This document shows positions 33,817-44,933 of a DNA stretch of 64,000 nucleotides, piece after piece. Origin of the DNA: an uncultured Thermococci archaeon (GTDB lineage: Archaea > Methanobacteriota_B > Thermococci > Methanofastidiosales > B48-G16); contig CAZQQT010000003.1 in the NCBI GenBank assembly GCA_964595645.1, forward strand, positions 72,177-136,176, written 5' to 3'. A program made the position numbers and the translations under genes. Position 1 is the stretch's first letter. Every line of letters starts with the position of its first letter. The notes under the pieces were generated by a model. That model searched no databases. It had not been told where the DNA came from and was given only the letters and a program-made list of their open reading frames with translations.

Positions 33817-35618
33817 AGGCAGGACTGGAAATTCACGCGCAATTGAACACGGAGAAGTTATTTTGCAGTTGTGATACCACACTAAAAGATGATGATCCTA
33901 CCAAAGAAATAGAACGAAAACTTCATGTTACGGTGAGTGAACTAAATGAAGTGGACAGAGCTGCCTTTGAGGAGAGCTTGAAAGATAAGAAACACGTGTA
34001 CGAAGCATTTGATGATTCATGTCTGGTTTATCTCGATGAAGAACCGCCGCATGATCCGAATAACGAGGCAATAGAGACAGCACTGACAGTTGCACTTTTG
34101 CTGAATGCAGATATTGTAGATCAAATTCACTTTATGCGAAAGATCGTAATCGATGGAAGCAATGTGTCTGGATTTCAGCGAACAGCGATTATCGGACTTA
34201 ATGGTATTGTTGAAACAGAGAACGGCACTGTAGAAGTTCCAACTATTTGTCTAGAGGAGGATGCTGCAAGACGAGATAAAGAAGAAAACAACACAGTATA
34301 CTGGAAGATTGACAGACTCGGTACCCCATTAATAGAGATAGCTACCTCACCTACGATAAAAAGTCCCGAACAGGGGAGAGAAGTCGCGTTGTTCATAGGA
34401 AATATTCTGAAGGCCACGGAAAGGCTCAAACATGGAATAGGAACGATACGTCAGGATCTTAATATTTCGATACCTGAGGGTGCGAGAATAGAGATCAAGG
34501 GGGTGCAGGAGCTGAACATGATCCCCATGTATATCGAAGAAGAAGTGAAACGACAAAAAGCTCTTCTCACAATAAAGGAAGAACTCCACAAGAGAAATGC
34601 ACAGGTGGGAGATATATTCGATGTGACAGATCTTTTTGAGGATACGCACTCTAATATAGTAAAAAAGGCGGATAAGGTTCTTGTGTTAAAACTAAAGAAT
34701 TTTTCTGGACTTTTGGGAAGAGAAATACAGGAGAAGAGACGATTCGGATCCGAACTTGCAGATTACGCTAGCAAGTATGTTCCGGGACTGTTCCATTCGG
34801 ATGAACTGCCTGCATACGGCATTACCGAGGGAGAGAAAATAGATGTACTCGAGGAGCTTGGAACAGACAGTTTTGTGTTAGTAGCATCCACAGAAGAGAA
34901 GGCGGAAAAGGCTCTGAAAGAAGTAAAAGAGAGACTAAAAATAGCGTTTAAAGGCGTTCCCGAAGAAACGAGGAAGCCATTGGACACAGGTGCCTCGTCG
35001 TATGCCCGGCCATTGCCTGGAGAGGCAAGAATGTACCCAGAGACAGATGTTCCTCCATACCATGTCTCTCGCGATACTGTTGAAACACTGAAAGATAAGC
35101 TGCCGGAACTTCCAAAGGAGAAAAAAGAACGGTTGATGAGAGAGTACGATCTCAATGAAGAGAACACTATAAAGATAATGAATTATGATCCCGATTTCTT
35201 CGAGAAAGTAATGGAAAAGTACGAAATAAAGCCCACACTGTTCCTAAAAGCCGCAGAAACATACAGAAGTTTTGGTGCCGGGGAGTTGAAGGATCTGGAT
35301 GTGGTGTTTGAGTATCTTTCTCAGGATAAGTTGGTGAAAGAAGGGATAGAGAATGTGTTGGAGGAATTTTCTAAAGGTAACAAAGATATAGATACCATTA
35401 TAGAGACGTACAACCTCACTCCGCTCTCGGATAAATACGCAGAGGAAACAATACAAGAAATAGTACAAAAAAATAGAGATGTTATCGAGGAAAAGGAAGA
35501 AAGAGCTATTTCTGCATTGATGGGGGAGTGTATGAAAGCACTGAGGGGTAAAGTCGATGGAAAAACAGTGAATGAGATTCTTAGGAAAGAAATAGAAAAA
35601 ATTCGCAATCATGAGTAA
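33813..35618 (+). CDS. gatE: Glutamyl-tRNA(Gln) amidotransferase subunit E
   Basis: N-terminus MKAGLEIHAQLNTEKLFCSC (GatB/E family); 601 aa; C-terminal GatB/YqeY-like tail. Confidence 0.85.
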   Translation: MKAGLEIHAQLNTEKLFCSCDTTLKDDDPTKEIERKLHVTVSELNEVDRAAFEESLKDKKHVYEAFDDSCLVYLDEEPPHDPNNEAIETALTVALLLNADIVDQIHFMRKIVIDGSNVSGFQRTAIIGLNGIVETENGTVEVPTICLEEDAARRDKEENNTVYWKIDRLGTPLIEIATSPTIKSPEQGREVALFIGNILKATERLKHGIGTIRQDLNISIPEGARIEIKGVQELNMIPMYIEEEVKRQKALLTIKEELHKRNAQVGDIFDVTDLFEDTHSNIVKKADKVLVLKLKNFSGLLGREIQEKRRFGSELADYASKYVPGLFHSDELPAYGITEGEKIDVLEELGTDSFVLVASTEEKAEKALKEVKERLKIAFKGVPEETRKPLDTGASSYARPLPGEARMYPETDVPPYHVSRDTVETLKDKLPELPKEKKERLMREYDLNEENTIKIMNYDPDFFEKVMEKYEIKPTLFLKAAETYRSFGAGELKDLDVVFEYLSQDKLVKEGIENVLEEFSKGNKDIDTIIETYNLTPLSDKYAEETIQEIVQKNRDVIEEKEERAISALMGECMKALRGKVDGKTVNEILRKEIEKIRNHE

Positions 35619-35755
35619 AATACAGCAAAAAAATCTAATTGAGGATTTAAATCAGAGGAAAATCAGTTCTAAAGATATCTTAATCCGAAATATTAATAAA
35701 GTGAGCTGTATCCTTATAAGTTAGCACAAGTTGAAAGACTTTCGGTGTTTCATAT

Positions 35756-37666
35756 ATGAAAGACAAGAATAACACAGAGAATGAACTCTTGGCAGTGCAT
35801 GAACAGTATCTCATCGAAAACGCAACCGATATTATATTTATTCAGGATTTGGATCTTAATTTACATTATGTAAGTCCCTCTGTCGAATCTTTGGCAGGTT
35901 ACACTGTTGAAGAAGCGTTAGAACTCACAGTGAAAGATTTATTAACAGTCGATTCATTTGAGAAGGCCCAAAAAAGCCTTCAAAGATATGTAGAATTAGC
36001 CAAAGAGAAAAAAAATGTAAATGTTCCGCTCATGCAGTACGAGTATGTGAGAAAGGATGGCTCTACCTTCTGGGGGGAACTGCGAGTGAGATTCTTACGT
36101 GATTCCACCGGCCATCCTGTTGGTGTTCATGGGATTTTACGAGATATTACAGAGCGCAAGCGGGTAGATGAGGCGTTACGTAAGAGTAAAAATAAAATTG
36201 AAGAGCTCCATAGTATTGCAACACAGTTGGGGGTCTGCAGTTCAGAAGAGGAGGTCTATAAGATTGCTGTAGATGCAGCCGAGAATGTTCTCGATTTTGA
36301 TGTTGTTGAAGTATTAATACGAGAAGGTGACATGCTTGCAGTGAAAGCAAAATCCAGTTCCCTACCAGATATTGAAGCACAGGATATGGGAATCAATGAA
36401 GGCGTTGCGGGTAAAACCTACCAAACAAATCAATCCTACCTTTCGGGCAATGTAAAAAAGGATAGGATAGCTAGTCCATCCTCAGATAAATATCGATCAG
36501 GTATAAGTATACCTATTGGAACACTGGGGGTATTTCAGGCAATATCAACTGAAACAAACAGTTTTAACCAGGAAGATCTCAAAATGGGAGAACTTCTTGT
36601 TTCACATGTTCGAGAAGCCCTTGACAGAATTCAACATGAAGAGGCACTGCGAAAAAGTGAAGAGAAGTACCGTACCTTGTTTGAACGTGTCCCTGTTGGG
36701 ATCTACCGTACTACCCCTGAAGGAAAAATAATAGATACGAATCCTGCACTGATCGAGATGCTCGGTTACCCGAATCGGGATCTTCTCTTAACTCGAGAAG
36801 CAGACGATCTTTTCATAGAATCGTATGATAGAGAACGAGAAAAAGCTTTTTTAGAAAGAAATGGAGAAATAAGAAACTTTACAAGTCAAATGCGTCGTTA
36901 TGATGGTACTATCATTTGGGTGCAGGACAATGCTCGAGCTGTCCTAGATGAATATGACAATGTACTTTTTTATGAGGGCAGTCTCCAAGATATCACCCAG
37001 CGTAAGAAAGCGGAAGAGGAAGCAGAGTTTTATAATTCTCTATTGAGGCATGATATCAGTAACAAGATCCAGGTGATGATGGGCTATCTAGGAATGCTTG
37101 AAAGAACAGATCTCTCTGACAAGCAAGAGACATTTGTTAAAAAGGCAGTCTCTGCAGCAAAAAGTAGCAGTGATCTGATTCGAAAAGTAAGGGATTTGGA
37201 GAAATTAAAGGATACACAGGAACTGATAACGCTTTCTCTCGATGACGTTATCGTTGATACAATCCAAAACTTTTCTCATCACATAGAAGACAAAGGAATT
37301 AAAGTAACATACGATCTGTCAGAAATACGAGTAAAAGCAAGTCCTCTACTCGAAGAGATATTCGTTAACCTAATACAAAATGCAGTTATACATTCTGGAT
37401 GTAACGAGATTACAATCCACGCTTCATCTGGGAAGGAATACTATCTTGTTTCTATTGAAGATGATGGAAAAGGTATACCTAATGAGTACAAAAAAAGGAT
37501 CTTTCAAAGAAGTGTAAAGGGAACGGAGAGTGAAGGAAGTGGTATTGGTCTTCACCTTGTAAAAATGATTTTAGAAAGTTTTAACGGAAAAATAGAAGTA
37601 GTTGACAGGGTTGAAGGAAATTATTCGAAAGGTACGCGCTTTAATGTCTATATTCCACGACGGTAG
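35756..37666 (+). CDS. Sensor histidine kinase with tandem PAS/PAC and GAF-like sensory domains
   Basis: PAS/PAC motifs (two repeats ending ...GILRDITERK and ...GSLQDITQRK); H-box LRHDISNK; HATPase_c motifs (N box NLIQNAVIHS, G boxes DDGKGIP and GSGIGL). Confidence 0.8.
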   Translation: MKDKNNTENELLAVHEQYLIENATDIIFIQDLDLNLHYVSPSVESLAGYTVEEALELTVKDLLTVDSFEKAQKSLQRYVELAKEKKNVNVPLMQYEYVRKDGSTFWGELRVRFLRDSTGHPVGVHGILRDITERKRVDEALRKSKNKIEELHSIATQLGVCSSEEEVYKIAVDAAENVLDFDVVEVLIREGDMLAVKAKSSSLPDIEAQDMGINEGVAGKTYQTNQSYLSGNVKKDRIASPSSDKYRSGISIPIGTLGVFQAISTETNSFNQEDLKMGELLVSHVREALDRIQHEEALRKSEEKYRTLFERVPVGIYRTTPEGKIIDTNPALIEMLGYPNRDLLLTREADDLFIESYDREREKAFLERNGEIRNFTSQMRRYDGTIIWVQDNARAVLDEYDNVLFYEGSLQDITQRKKAEEEAEFYNSLLRHDISNKIQVMMGYLGMLERTDLSDKQETFVKKAVSAAKSSSDLIRKVRDLEKLKDTQELITLSLDDVIVDTIQNFSHHIEDKGIKVTYDLSEIRVKASPLLEEIFVNLIQNAVIHSGCNEITIHASSGKEYYLVSIEDDGKGIPNEYKKRIFQRSVKGTESEGSGIGLHLVKMILESFNGKIEVVDRVEGNYSKGTRFNVYIPRR

Positions 37667-37719
37667 ATTTACAAAGTCTTCAATTCATTTAAAAGGGAGA
37701 TAAAGAAAAAAAGTGAGTT

Positions 37720-40700
37720 TTACGTTTCTATCCATATTTCAACTGGTTCAGAGTCGACCATCCATTCTTTATGGTAGCCCTTCCCCTTTTCGAATTTCAA
37801 AGTTTCAGATCGCGTTTCCTTTTTTATGTACTCCTCATCAAGATCGAAATTGCACACGAGATAGGTCACGATATTTTCTTCGATATTTAAATCCATTTCC
37901 TTTCTCATCTGCTGGATTCTCCTCACTAATTCTCTTGTGTAGGCTTCTTTTTTTAGGTTTTCGTCCATTTCCTTATTGAGAAAGAGATTTCCGAGATCGG
38001 ACTGAACGAGCTCAAACCCTTTTGGAGGCAACACTTCAAAATCTACGTCTCCCTTTTCTATCACGAAGTCTTCCATCTTGAACTCCCCTTTCTCCAGCGC
38101 GTTGTGAAGTGTCCTACCATCTATTTTTTCCAGCAGTGCAACTACCTTGTTGGTATCCTCTCCGAACTTTGGTCCAAGGCTCTTATAATTCGGCACTGTC
38201 TTGTACCGCATGTCCATTTGTGCCAATGTTATTTTTTTGGCGTTTGTCTGTTCGAGGAGTATCTCTTCGAACTGTTTCACTGCTTTTTCTACGTGTTGAT
38301 CATCCGAATCAAGAACAATTTCCGATACTGGCCACCGCAGTTTTATTCCTGCTTTTTGTCGTGCGAAAGCTGCGTTCTCGACGATTTTTCTCACGATGCC
38401 CATTAACTCGTTGGTTTTGGTGTCTATCAACCTATCGTCGTACTCCGGGTACGACGTGAGATGTACGCTCTCTTCCTGCTCAAGATTAGTAAAGATGTGG
38501 TCCGCGATATAGGGTGTGATTGGCGCCATCATTCTCGCCAATCTTTTCAGTACATAGCTCAACACAAAGTATGCGGCCTTTTTATTCGGATCATCCTTCT
38601 CTATCCATGTTCTACTCCGTACAAGTTTCACATACCATCGTGAGAGATCTTCGACGATAAATTTGTATATCGGTCTTGTTATTTTGTGGAAATGAAATGT
38701 GTCCCACATTTCTAATATCTCTTTTACCAACGTGTTTACTCTGGAGAGCATCCATTTGTCTTCTTCTCTGAGGTATTCCTCTACTTCATCATACGACGTA
38801 TCTGGATCGAACTCATCAAGGGACATATAGGTTGTCGAGAACTTATAAACATTCCACAGTATTTTGAGCATTCCATTTACACTCTCTATTTTATTCCAGG
38901 AGATTCTCACGTCCTCCCAAGGCGCAACAGCCCACAGAACGTAGAATCTGAATGTGTCTCTTCCGTATTTCTCGATTACCTCTTCAGGGGGAATGACATT
39001 TCCTATGGATTTATGCATTGCATCTCCCTTTTCATCCAGGGTAAATCCGTGCATTTCCACCATTCTGTGGGGCACTGTATCGAACGTCACTACCGAGGCG
39101 GCCTGCTGAGAGTAAAACCACTTTGTTATCTGATCATGTCCCTCTACAACGTAATCTGCTGGAAAAATCTTCTCAAAGAGTTCCTTTTCAGCCGGATAGT
39201 TTAGTGATGCCCAGGGAGCGGATCCAGAGTCAAGCCAAACATCGAGAACGTCATCCACTCTTTTCATGATGCCGCCGCACTCACATCGTAGTGTGATCGG
39301 ATCCACGGTCGGTCTGTGGAGATCATCTACCTCTATATTCTCAATACTCTTCTCTTTGAGCTCTTTTATACTTCCGATTACTATCTCTTCTTCACAGTCC
39401 TCACAGACCCACACAGGAAGTGGTACGCCCCAGTATCGCTGTCTGGATATACACCAGTCTCCTACGTTTCTCACACCGTTCACGTATCGTTTCTCAGCCC
39501 AGTCAGGAATCCATGTGACCTTCTCATTTTCCTTGACAATCTCCTCCTTTATTCTGGAGATCCGCATGAACCACTGTTCCGTGGACATGAATATCAGTGG
39601 TGACCCACATCGCCAACAGAAGGGATATTTGTGCTCAATTTCTACAAATTTTATCAATAAGCCCTTATTCTTTAGATCCTCTACGATCTTTGGATCCGTA
39701 TCCTTCACAAACATACCTTTCCATTTTCCCTCAGTAAACCGTCCTTCGGAGTCAAGAGGGGAGTATGCAGGTAACTCGTACTCCTTTCCCACTTCAAAGT
39801 CTTCTTCTCCGTGACCCGGAGCAGTGTGGACACAGCCTGTACCTTCTTCCAGCGTGACGTGATCGCCCAAGATAACATAATGGGCGTTGTCAAATGTTTG
39901 CTGTGAGGGCATCTCTTCAAGGAAAGGATGCACGTATCTCATCCCCTCGAGTTCTTCTCCGGTCATCTCTTCAACTATCTCATAGGGAATATCAAAGGAG
40001 GAGAGTATCATGTTTGCCATATCTCTGGCCATTATCCAGTACTCTTCTTTTCCATTCACATCTACCTTCAGTTTCGCATAGGTGAACGAAGGATGAACAC
40101 ATACCGCGATATTTGCAGGAAGCGTCCACGGTGTGGTAGTCCAGATCACAATATACTCATTCTCCGTATTTTCCAGTCTGAACTTAACGAATACAGAGGG
40201 GTCCTTCACCATTTGATACTCTCCTCGAACTTCGTGTTCTGCCAAGGCGGTCTCACATCGCGGACACCATTGAATGACTCTCCGATCCTTTTCCAAGAGT
40301 TCTTTCTTCCATGCACGTTTAAATGACCACCATTCAGCCTCCATATAGTTTTTCTTGATAGTCATATAAGGATTATCCCAGTCTAACCATACCCCTAAAT
40401 TCATGAATTGTTCTTCCATTCTATCCTTATTTCTGATTGCAAATTCTTTACATTTTTCGATGAAGATTTTCACGCCGATTTTATTCTCAATATCCTTCTT
40501 GTTTTTGATGTTGAGCTCACTTTCTACCTTTACCTCGATAGGAAGACCGTGCATATCCCATCCTGGTTGTCTTCTCGGTGCGTAGCCCCTCATTGTCTTA
40601 TACCGCAGGACGGTGTCCTTGATCACTTTGTTCAGTGCGGTTCCGATATGGACCTCACCGGATGTGAAGGGCGGTCCATCCAAAAAGTACCATTTCTTTC

Positions 40701-40803
40701 CATCCTTTGCCAGATACTTCTTGTATATGTCGTTTTCTTTCCATTGTGTATCTACTTCTTTCTCCACTTTGAGCGGTTCGTATCTTCCTTCTACTGCTTT
40801 CAT
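37720..40803 (-). CDS. ileS: Isoleucyl-tRNA synthetase
   Basis: 1027 aa class I aaRS; HIGH motif region PPFTSGEVHIGTALN; IleRS-typical WCISRQRYWGVPLP; zinc-binding Cys cluster; KMSKS-like AMHKSIGN. Confidence 0.9.
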   Translation of the reverse strand: MKAVEGRYEPLKVEKEVDTQWKENDIYKKYLAKDGKKWYFLDGPPFTSGEVHIGTALNKVIKDTVLRYKTMRGYAPRRQPGWDMHGLPIEVKVESELNIKNKKDIENKIGVKIFIEKCKEFAIRNKDRMEEQFMNLGVWLDWDNPYMTIKKNYMEAEWWSFKRAWKKELLEKDRRVIQWCPRCETALAEHEVRGEYQMVKDPSVFVKFRLENTENEYIVIWTTTPWTLPANIAVCVHPSFTYAKLKVDVNGKEEYWIMARDMANMILSSFDIPYEIVEEMTGEELEGMRYVHPFLEEMPSQQTFDNAHYVILGDHVTLEEGTGCVHTAPGHGEEDFEVGKEYELPAYSPLDSEGRFTEGKWKGMFVKDTDPKIVEDLKNKGLLIKFVEIEHKYPFCWRCGSPLIFMSTEQWFMRISRIKEEIVKENEKVTWIPDWAEKRYVNGVRNVGDWCISRQRYWGVPLPVWVCEDCEEEIVIGSIKELKEKSIENIEVDDLHRPTVDPITLRCECGGIMKRVDDVLDVWLDSGSAPWASLNYPAEKELFEKIFPADYVVEGHDQITKWFYSQQAASVVTFDTVPHRMVEMHGFTLDEKGDAMHKSIGNVIPPEEVIEKYGRDTFRFYVLWAVAPWEDVRISWNKIESVNGMLKILWNVYKFSTTYMSLDEFDPDTSYDEVEEYLREEDKWMLSRVNTLVKEILEMWDTFHFHKITRPIYKFIVEDLSRWYVKLVRSRTWIEKDDPNKKAAYFVLSYVLKRLARMMAPITPYIADHIFTNLEQEESVHLTSYPEYDDRLIDTKTNELMGIVRKIVENAAFARQKAGIKLRWPVSEIVLDSDDQHVEKAVKQFEEILLEQTNAKKITLAQMDMRYKTVPNYKSLGPKFGEDTNKVVALLEKIDGRTLHNALEKGEFKMEDFVIEKGDVDFEVLPPKGFELVQSDLGNLFLNKEMDENLKKEAYTRELVRRIQQMRKEMDLNIEENIVTYLVCNFDLDEEYIKKETRSETLKFEKGKGYHKEWMVDSEPVEIWIET

Positions 40804-41128
40804 CGAATCACCTTTTCCATGAATATCTCGATAACTTTCATTCTATTTATATATTCATGTTATACTATACCTAAATTCCTTTCACATTCGGTAACAATGC
40901 GGTAAATTTTACGAATTAAAGTATTAAATTAAAATTATAATTATATTCTCTGTGTCCCTGTATTCTCCTATCATTTTCATGGAACACCAGCTCCTGGATA
41001 CACTACCCAATTACTCACCCTTTATATGCTTTTCGGTTACTCGTGCATACAAAGACGCGTAGAATCCGAGAAAAATGGTGCTCCCATCGTGCCAAAAGTT
41101 TTTAATATATTTTATTTACGTAAACAGT

Positions 41129-42322
41129 ATGGGCTTGAAGAGGATCGGCGTTGCTGGGCATGTAGGTGTTGGTCATACACATGGCCATGCAGGATTCATC
41201 CAAGATGATTCAGGTGGATTTGTTACCGTGGGTGCGCTCATACGGGATCATGTGCGTGTAGATACACACATCGCGGAGGCAGAAGCTGATGTTGATTCTA
41301 ACACGATCAGGATCACAACTGTTGATGGTGGAACAGCTACTACGTCACCCCGCAGAGGATTGACACCTGCTGAGGCTGGGAGTATACGCAGATTGCGGGG
41401 CCAGGATGCTCTTTTTTGTCAGACTGTCACTGTTAATGCACTAGGCAGAATGTACGGACAGGGGGTGCTGGAGACGCCAGTAGCCCTTGAAGCTGCAATG
41501 GCCAATGCAGTGGTTGATACCTTCCGGGAAAATGCAGAGAGTTTTAAGATGGTTGAAGAAAGTATTGAGACCAATCATGGACTTATCGGCGGTATCTCGG
41601 CTGAATCTGATGAAGCGACAGTATCTTATCTTCTTAGTGTTAATTATACAGCAGGAGGTCTCGGTCCAGTGGAGGATATGGAAGGAAATATCCCTCTAGG
41701 AACAAAGGGTGAACTCATGAAGGAACTTGGAATGATGGAATGCCCCACGATCATCGTTGAAGGCAAGGCATACCTACCATCGATCTCAGATGACCTCGAT
41801 CGGAATACCTTTCTTGTCCGTGCACAAAAAGGCATCGATAATCCTATTGTCGCCTGTAGCTTGGTAGATTCGGCAAAGGAGCTGGGATACCCTGCTATCT
41901 ACAGAGATGATCTTCTTCCCCATGATGAAGGCGTAATGACACGAGAAACAACGCGTTTTGCCGAACGGATCAATGAATATGCAGAACAGCTGAAACGAGC
42001 CACGCAGGCATCGGAGAAAGTCCAAATTGTTGCAAAGATGGCTGCCCTGATAAGTCAGGATGTTGGAGGAATTACATGCATATCTAATAAGATTCATGAT
42101 CTCGTGAGAGGAGCAGGGATGATGCCCGGAACTTCAGCTGTATTATCTATTGCAACCACCAAATCCTACCGAGATCACTGGAAAATACCGTTGTATGAGC
42201 AGGATGATGCTGAAAAAGCTAAAAATATTGTGAAACTAGGAATAAAGAAAATAGCTACCAATTACGAGCGTGCCCATGATGTGCTCGAACGCCGCTATGC
42301 GCAGTGGAATCTAGACGTATAA
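41129..42322 (+). CDS. Hypothetical protein (His/Gly-rich N-terminus GVAGHVGVGHTHGHAGF), function unknown
   Basis: About 398-aa ORF from MGLKRIG; GC about 50%, clearly above its neighbours; no family recognised by eye. Confidence 0.4.
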   Translation: MGLKRIGVAGHVGVGHTHGHAGFIQDDSGGFVTVGALIRDHVRVDTHIAEAEADVDSNTIRITTVDGGTATTSPRRGLTPAEAGSIRRLRGQDALFCQTVTVNALGRMYGQGVLETPVALEAAMANAVVDTFRENAESFKMVEESIETNHGLIGGISAESDEATVSYLLSVNYTAGGLGPVEDMEGNIPLGTKGELMKELGMMECPTIIVEGKAYLPSISDDLDRNTFLVRAQKGIDNPIVACSLVDSAKELGYPAIYRDDLLPHDEGVMTRETTRFAERINEYAEQLKRATQASEKVQIVAKMAALISQDVGGITCISNKIHDLVRGAGMMPGTSAVLSIATTKSYRDHWKIPLYEQDDAEKAKNIVKLGIKKIATNYERAHDVLERRYAQWNLDV

Positions 42323-42333
42323 AAGGATGCTGT

Positions 42334-43410
42334 TCACGACAGGAAATCCTCGTTTTCGATTTTCTCTGGGAGGTATTTCTCCGCCACGAAGCTGAGCGAT
42401 TTATTTGCCAAAGCCTGCTGTTCTATTCTCACTCCCTTCTTAAGTGCGAGCTTGAGTTGCCGTTGCCAGTCCTTTTTCTTAAACCATGGATACTCCATCT
42501 CCTCCTTTATTCTCTTTTTTCCTGAGTCTTTGAGTTTTTCTGTAACATTTTCCAGTCCGTATCGCTCTACATCATCGATAGTCATGCCAACAAACTTCGA
42601 ATCTGGAACTGACAACATCTGTGAGAGATAGGCGAGGTTGATAGATCCCTGTTTTATCGTTGAGTAAATGTACCATCCGTAAGGATCACCGTCGGTGAAC
42701 ACGATGACAGGGAGTCCTGTTTCGTTATGCATTCTTTTTATTAGACGTCGTACTCCCCGGGGGGCCTGACCTTGGCACGCCACGATCAATGCATCGTTAT
42801 CCTCAGCGAACTTCTCTTCGATCAATCTGTCTGCCATGGCAGCGGTTTCGACGACGAGGATGTACTCGGCATTCACATCCACAAAGCCGATATCCTCTAG
42901 GTTACCAGGTACTGCCCAGCCGCCTCTACCAAGCTTTGAGCAGTTAAACTCGTCTTCTCCATCTTTTATCACGATATCGCCATACATGTAGCCCCGTCTA
43001 TCAGCTGTGAGATTGAGCTCCTCCCGCAACGCGTTAAGACTGAGTTCAAGATCCTCGATGATCGGATTGGACTCATCCTGGTCGTTGAATGTGTTTTCAT
43101 TTTTCCTCCCTGCGAGAGTATGCTTCAGTGCATAGTACAATTCCCTTATCCCTGCGTGTTTATTTTCTTTTATGAGCTGACGACAGTAAGAAGCAACGAG
43201 GAGTGTCTGCATAAATTTTCTCGTGTGCGCGACATTGAGGTAGTACCGTTTTGAGTACTTGTCACCCATTATCAGGTATCCTTTCTCTTCATCGTACTCT
43301 ACATTACTCAAACTTCTCTGTGTTATCTTTATGTGAGGATTCTTCCCTTTTTCTAATTGCTTCAACACATCTTCTCCAAGTTTCTCCAAGTTTTCTTCTA
43401 TTTTTTTCAT
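42334..43410 (-). CDS. top6A: DNA topoisomerase VI subunit A (Spo11-like)
   Basis: Winged-helix region with catalytic Tyr context (GIRELYYAL); Toprim acidic motifs (E...DGDPYG); 358 aa. Confidence 0.85.
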   Translation of the reverse strand: MKKIEENLEKLGEDVLKQLEKGKNPHIKITQRSLSNVEYDEEKGYLIMGDKYSKRYYLNVAHTRKFMQTLLVASYCRQLIKENKHAGIRELYYALKHTLAGRKNENTFNDQDESNPIIEDLELSLNALREELNLTADRRGYMYGDIVIKDGEDEFNCSKLGRGGWAVPGNLEDIGFVDVNAEYILVVETAAMADRLIEEKFAEDNDALIVACQGQAPRGVRRLIKRMHNETGLPVIVFTDGDPYGWYIYSTIKQGSINLAYLSQMLSVPDSKFVGMTIDDVERYGLENVTEKLKDSGKKRIKEEMEYPWFKKKDWQRQLKLALKKGVRIEQQALANKSLSFVAEKYLPEKIENEDFLS

Positions 43411-43418
43411 ATTCTCCC

Positions 43419-44933
43419 CTATGTGTATTTTTTCTCTATAAGCTTATCGAAGAGCTCTTCGATTTTTTCCTCGTTTCCCCCAGTGAGTTTTGAAATAGCC
43501 TTACTTGTTTCGGCAGCATATCGTTCTAAAGATTTTTTCCGCTTCTTTTGACGATGAGCTTTTCTTTTTGAGCTTAAAAATCTTTTTAGACTCCTACATG
43601 CTTCCATTATTCCATAACGCAGTTCGTTATAGATCTCTTCCTCTGCAGCTATCGCCTGTTTGCCAGCAGAGGTATACGGTATATGAGTAGACGTGACATT
43701 TATAAATACCGTGAGGGGCGTCCTCTCTACATCTACTCCATATCTTCTCCAATCTATACTTTTTACAGCTTCATTTATTACTCCACCACCTCGATCGAAC
43801 ATCAACGGGCTTCTATTGGCATATCGTATTACCTCTACCCCTTGATCATTCCTTCCTCCAAGAGCAAGTCCGACTTCAACGATAAATGGAAAGCCGCCTC
43901 TGTACGTTTCTGGAGATCGGGTGATAGCAATGGAGAATTCCGGATCTATTAAGGAGAGTCCCTTTTCTATGTTCTCTTCGCCTATTGGGATTAATCCATC
44001 GCTGGAAGGCGCCATAAAATCTATTTTTTTGAACGCGTTTACGACGTTTTCTACATCTTCCCAGGTCAGATTTTTTATCCGTTTGTCCATCGAAACTCCG
44101 CTCACTTCTTCTATTTCCTCTGTTCTGTTTCGTGAAACTCTGGCGAGTTCTGTCCTTAAAAAGCTCCCTAATTTTATCGATTTAGAATTTTTTGCCATCA
44201 ACAGAAGATCATTCGTTGAAACTCCTTTTGGATGAAGTTTCATGATTTTGGGGGACTCAGGCATTTCCTTCGATGTACGAGGATATATAATTTTTCTTCC
44301 GTCGGGTTCTATAAACTCTATTCGCGCATGTGGATTTGCAATCGATGACATTTTTAGATATCTTTGTGGCGAATATCGTGATCTGTTATATTTCACATTT
44401 TTAGCTTCTATTATGATTTTTGTTCCTCTCCAACGGTCATTGTTCTCTATCTTTCTCTTGTTTATTATTGTTCCTCTATTTTTCTGGATATCAACGTTCA
44501 TATCCACTTCCCACATTTCATTCCCCGTGGAAGAAATAACCGTTGCAGGCTCACCCGTGGTGACTTGTGAGTACATGACGGCACCAGAGACACCGATACC
44601 TTGCTGCCCTCGAGACTGCAGGTTCCTATGAGCCTTACTCCCTGCCAACATCTTTCCAAATACGTCAGGGATAAACTTTAATGGGATCCCCGTGGCGTTG
44701 TCTTCCACACTTATTTTGTAATGATCTTCTCCCCTCTCATCTATTTCCACTCGTATTTCCGGAAGAATTCCTGCCTCTTCGCATGCATCCAGTGCATTTG
44801 TCACCATTTCATGGACTAATACAGTCATAGAACGTAATTTACCTGTATAACCAAGCATATCAGCGTTCTTTTTAAAAAATTCGGATACACTCAACGTTCT
44901 AAACTCTTTAAAGAGATCGTCAGCAGTCTTCAT
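43419..44933 (-). CDS. top6B: DNA topoisomerase VI subunit B (GHKL ATPase)
   Basis: Bergerat-fold N box [10 protein letters not shown] boxes ([16 protein letters not shown]), transducer domain; 504 aa; adjacent to top6A. Confidence 0.8.
   Translation of the reverse strand: MKTADDLFKEFRTLSVSEFFKKNADMLGYTGKLRSMTVLVHEMVTNALDACEEAGILPEIRVEIDERGEDHYKISVEDNATGIPLKFIPDVFGKMLAGSKAHRNLQSRGQQGIGVSGAVMYSQVTTGEPATVISSTGNEMWEVDMNVDIQKNRGTIINKRKIENNDRWRGTKIIIEAKNVKYNRSRYSPQRYLKMSSIANPHARIEFIEPDGRKIIYPRTSKEMPESPKIMKLHPKGVSTNDLLLMAKNSKSIKLGSFLRTELARVSRNRTEEIEEVSGVSMDKRIKNLTWEDVENVVNAFKKIDFMAPSSDGLIPIGEENIEKGLSLIDPEFSIAITRSPETYRGGFPFIVEVGLALGGRNDQGVEVIRYANRSPLMFDRGGGVINEAVKSIDWRRYGVDVERTPLTVFINVTSTHIPYTSAGKQAIAAEEEIYNELRYGIMEACRSLKRFLSSKRKAHRQKKRKKSLERYAAETSKAISKLTGGNEEKIEELFDKLIEKKYT

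Noticed and set aside
41026-41208. 60-aa ORF and the long N-terminal extension (41075..41128) of the unknown gene.
   Set aside because: They lie in the AT-rich promoter region upstream of a much better start (MGLKRIG at 41129). The composition shift begins at 41129.
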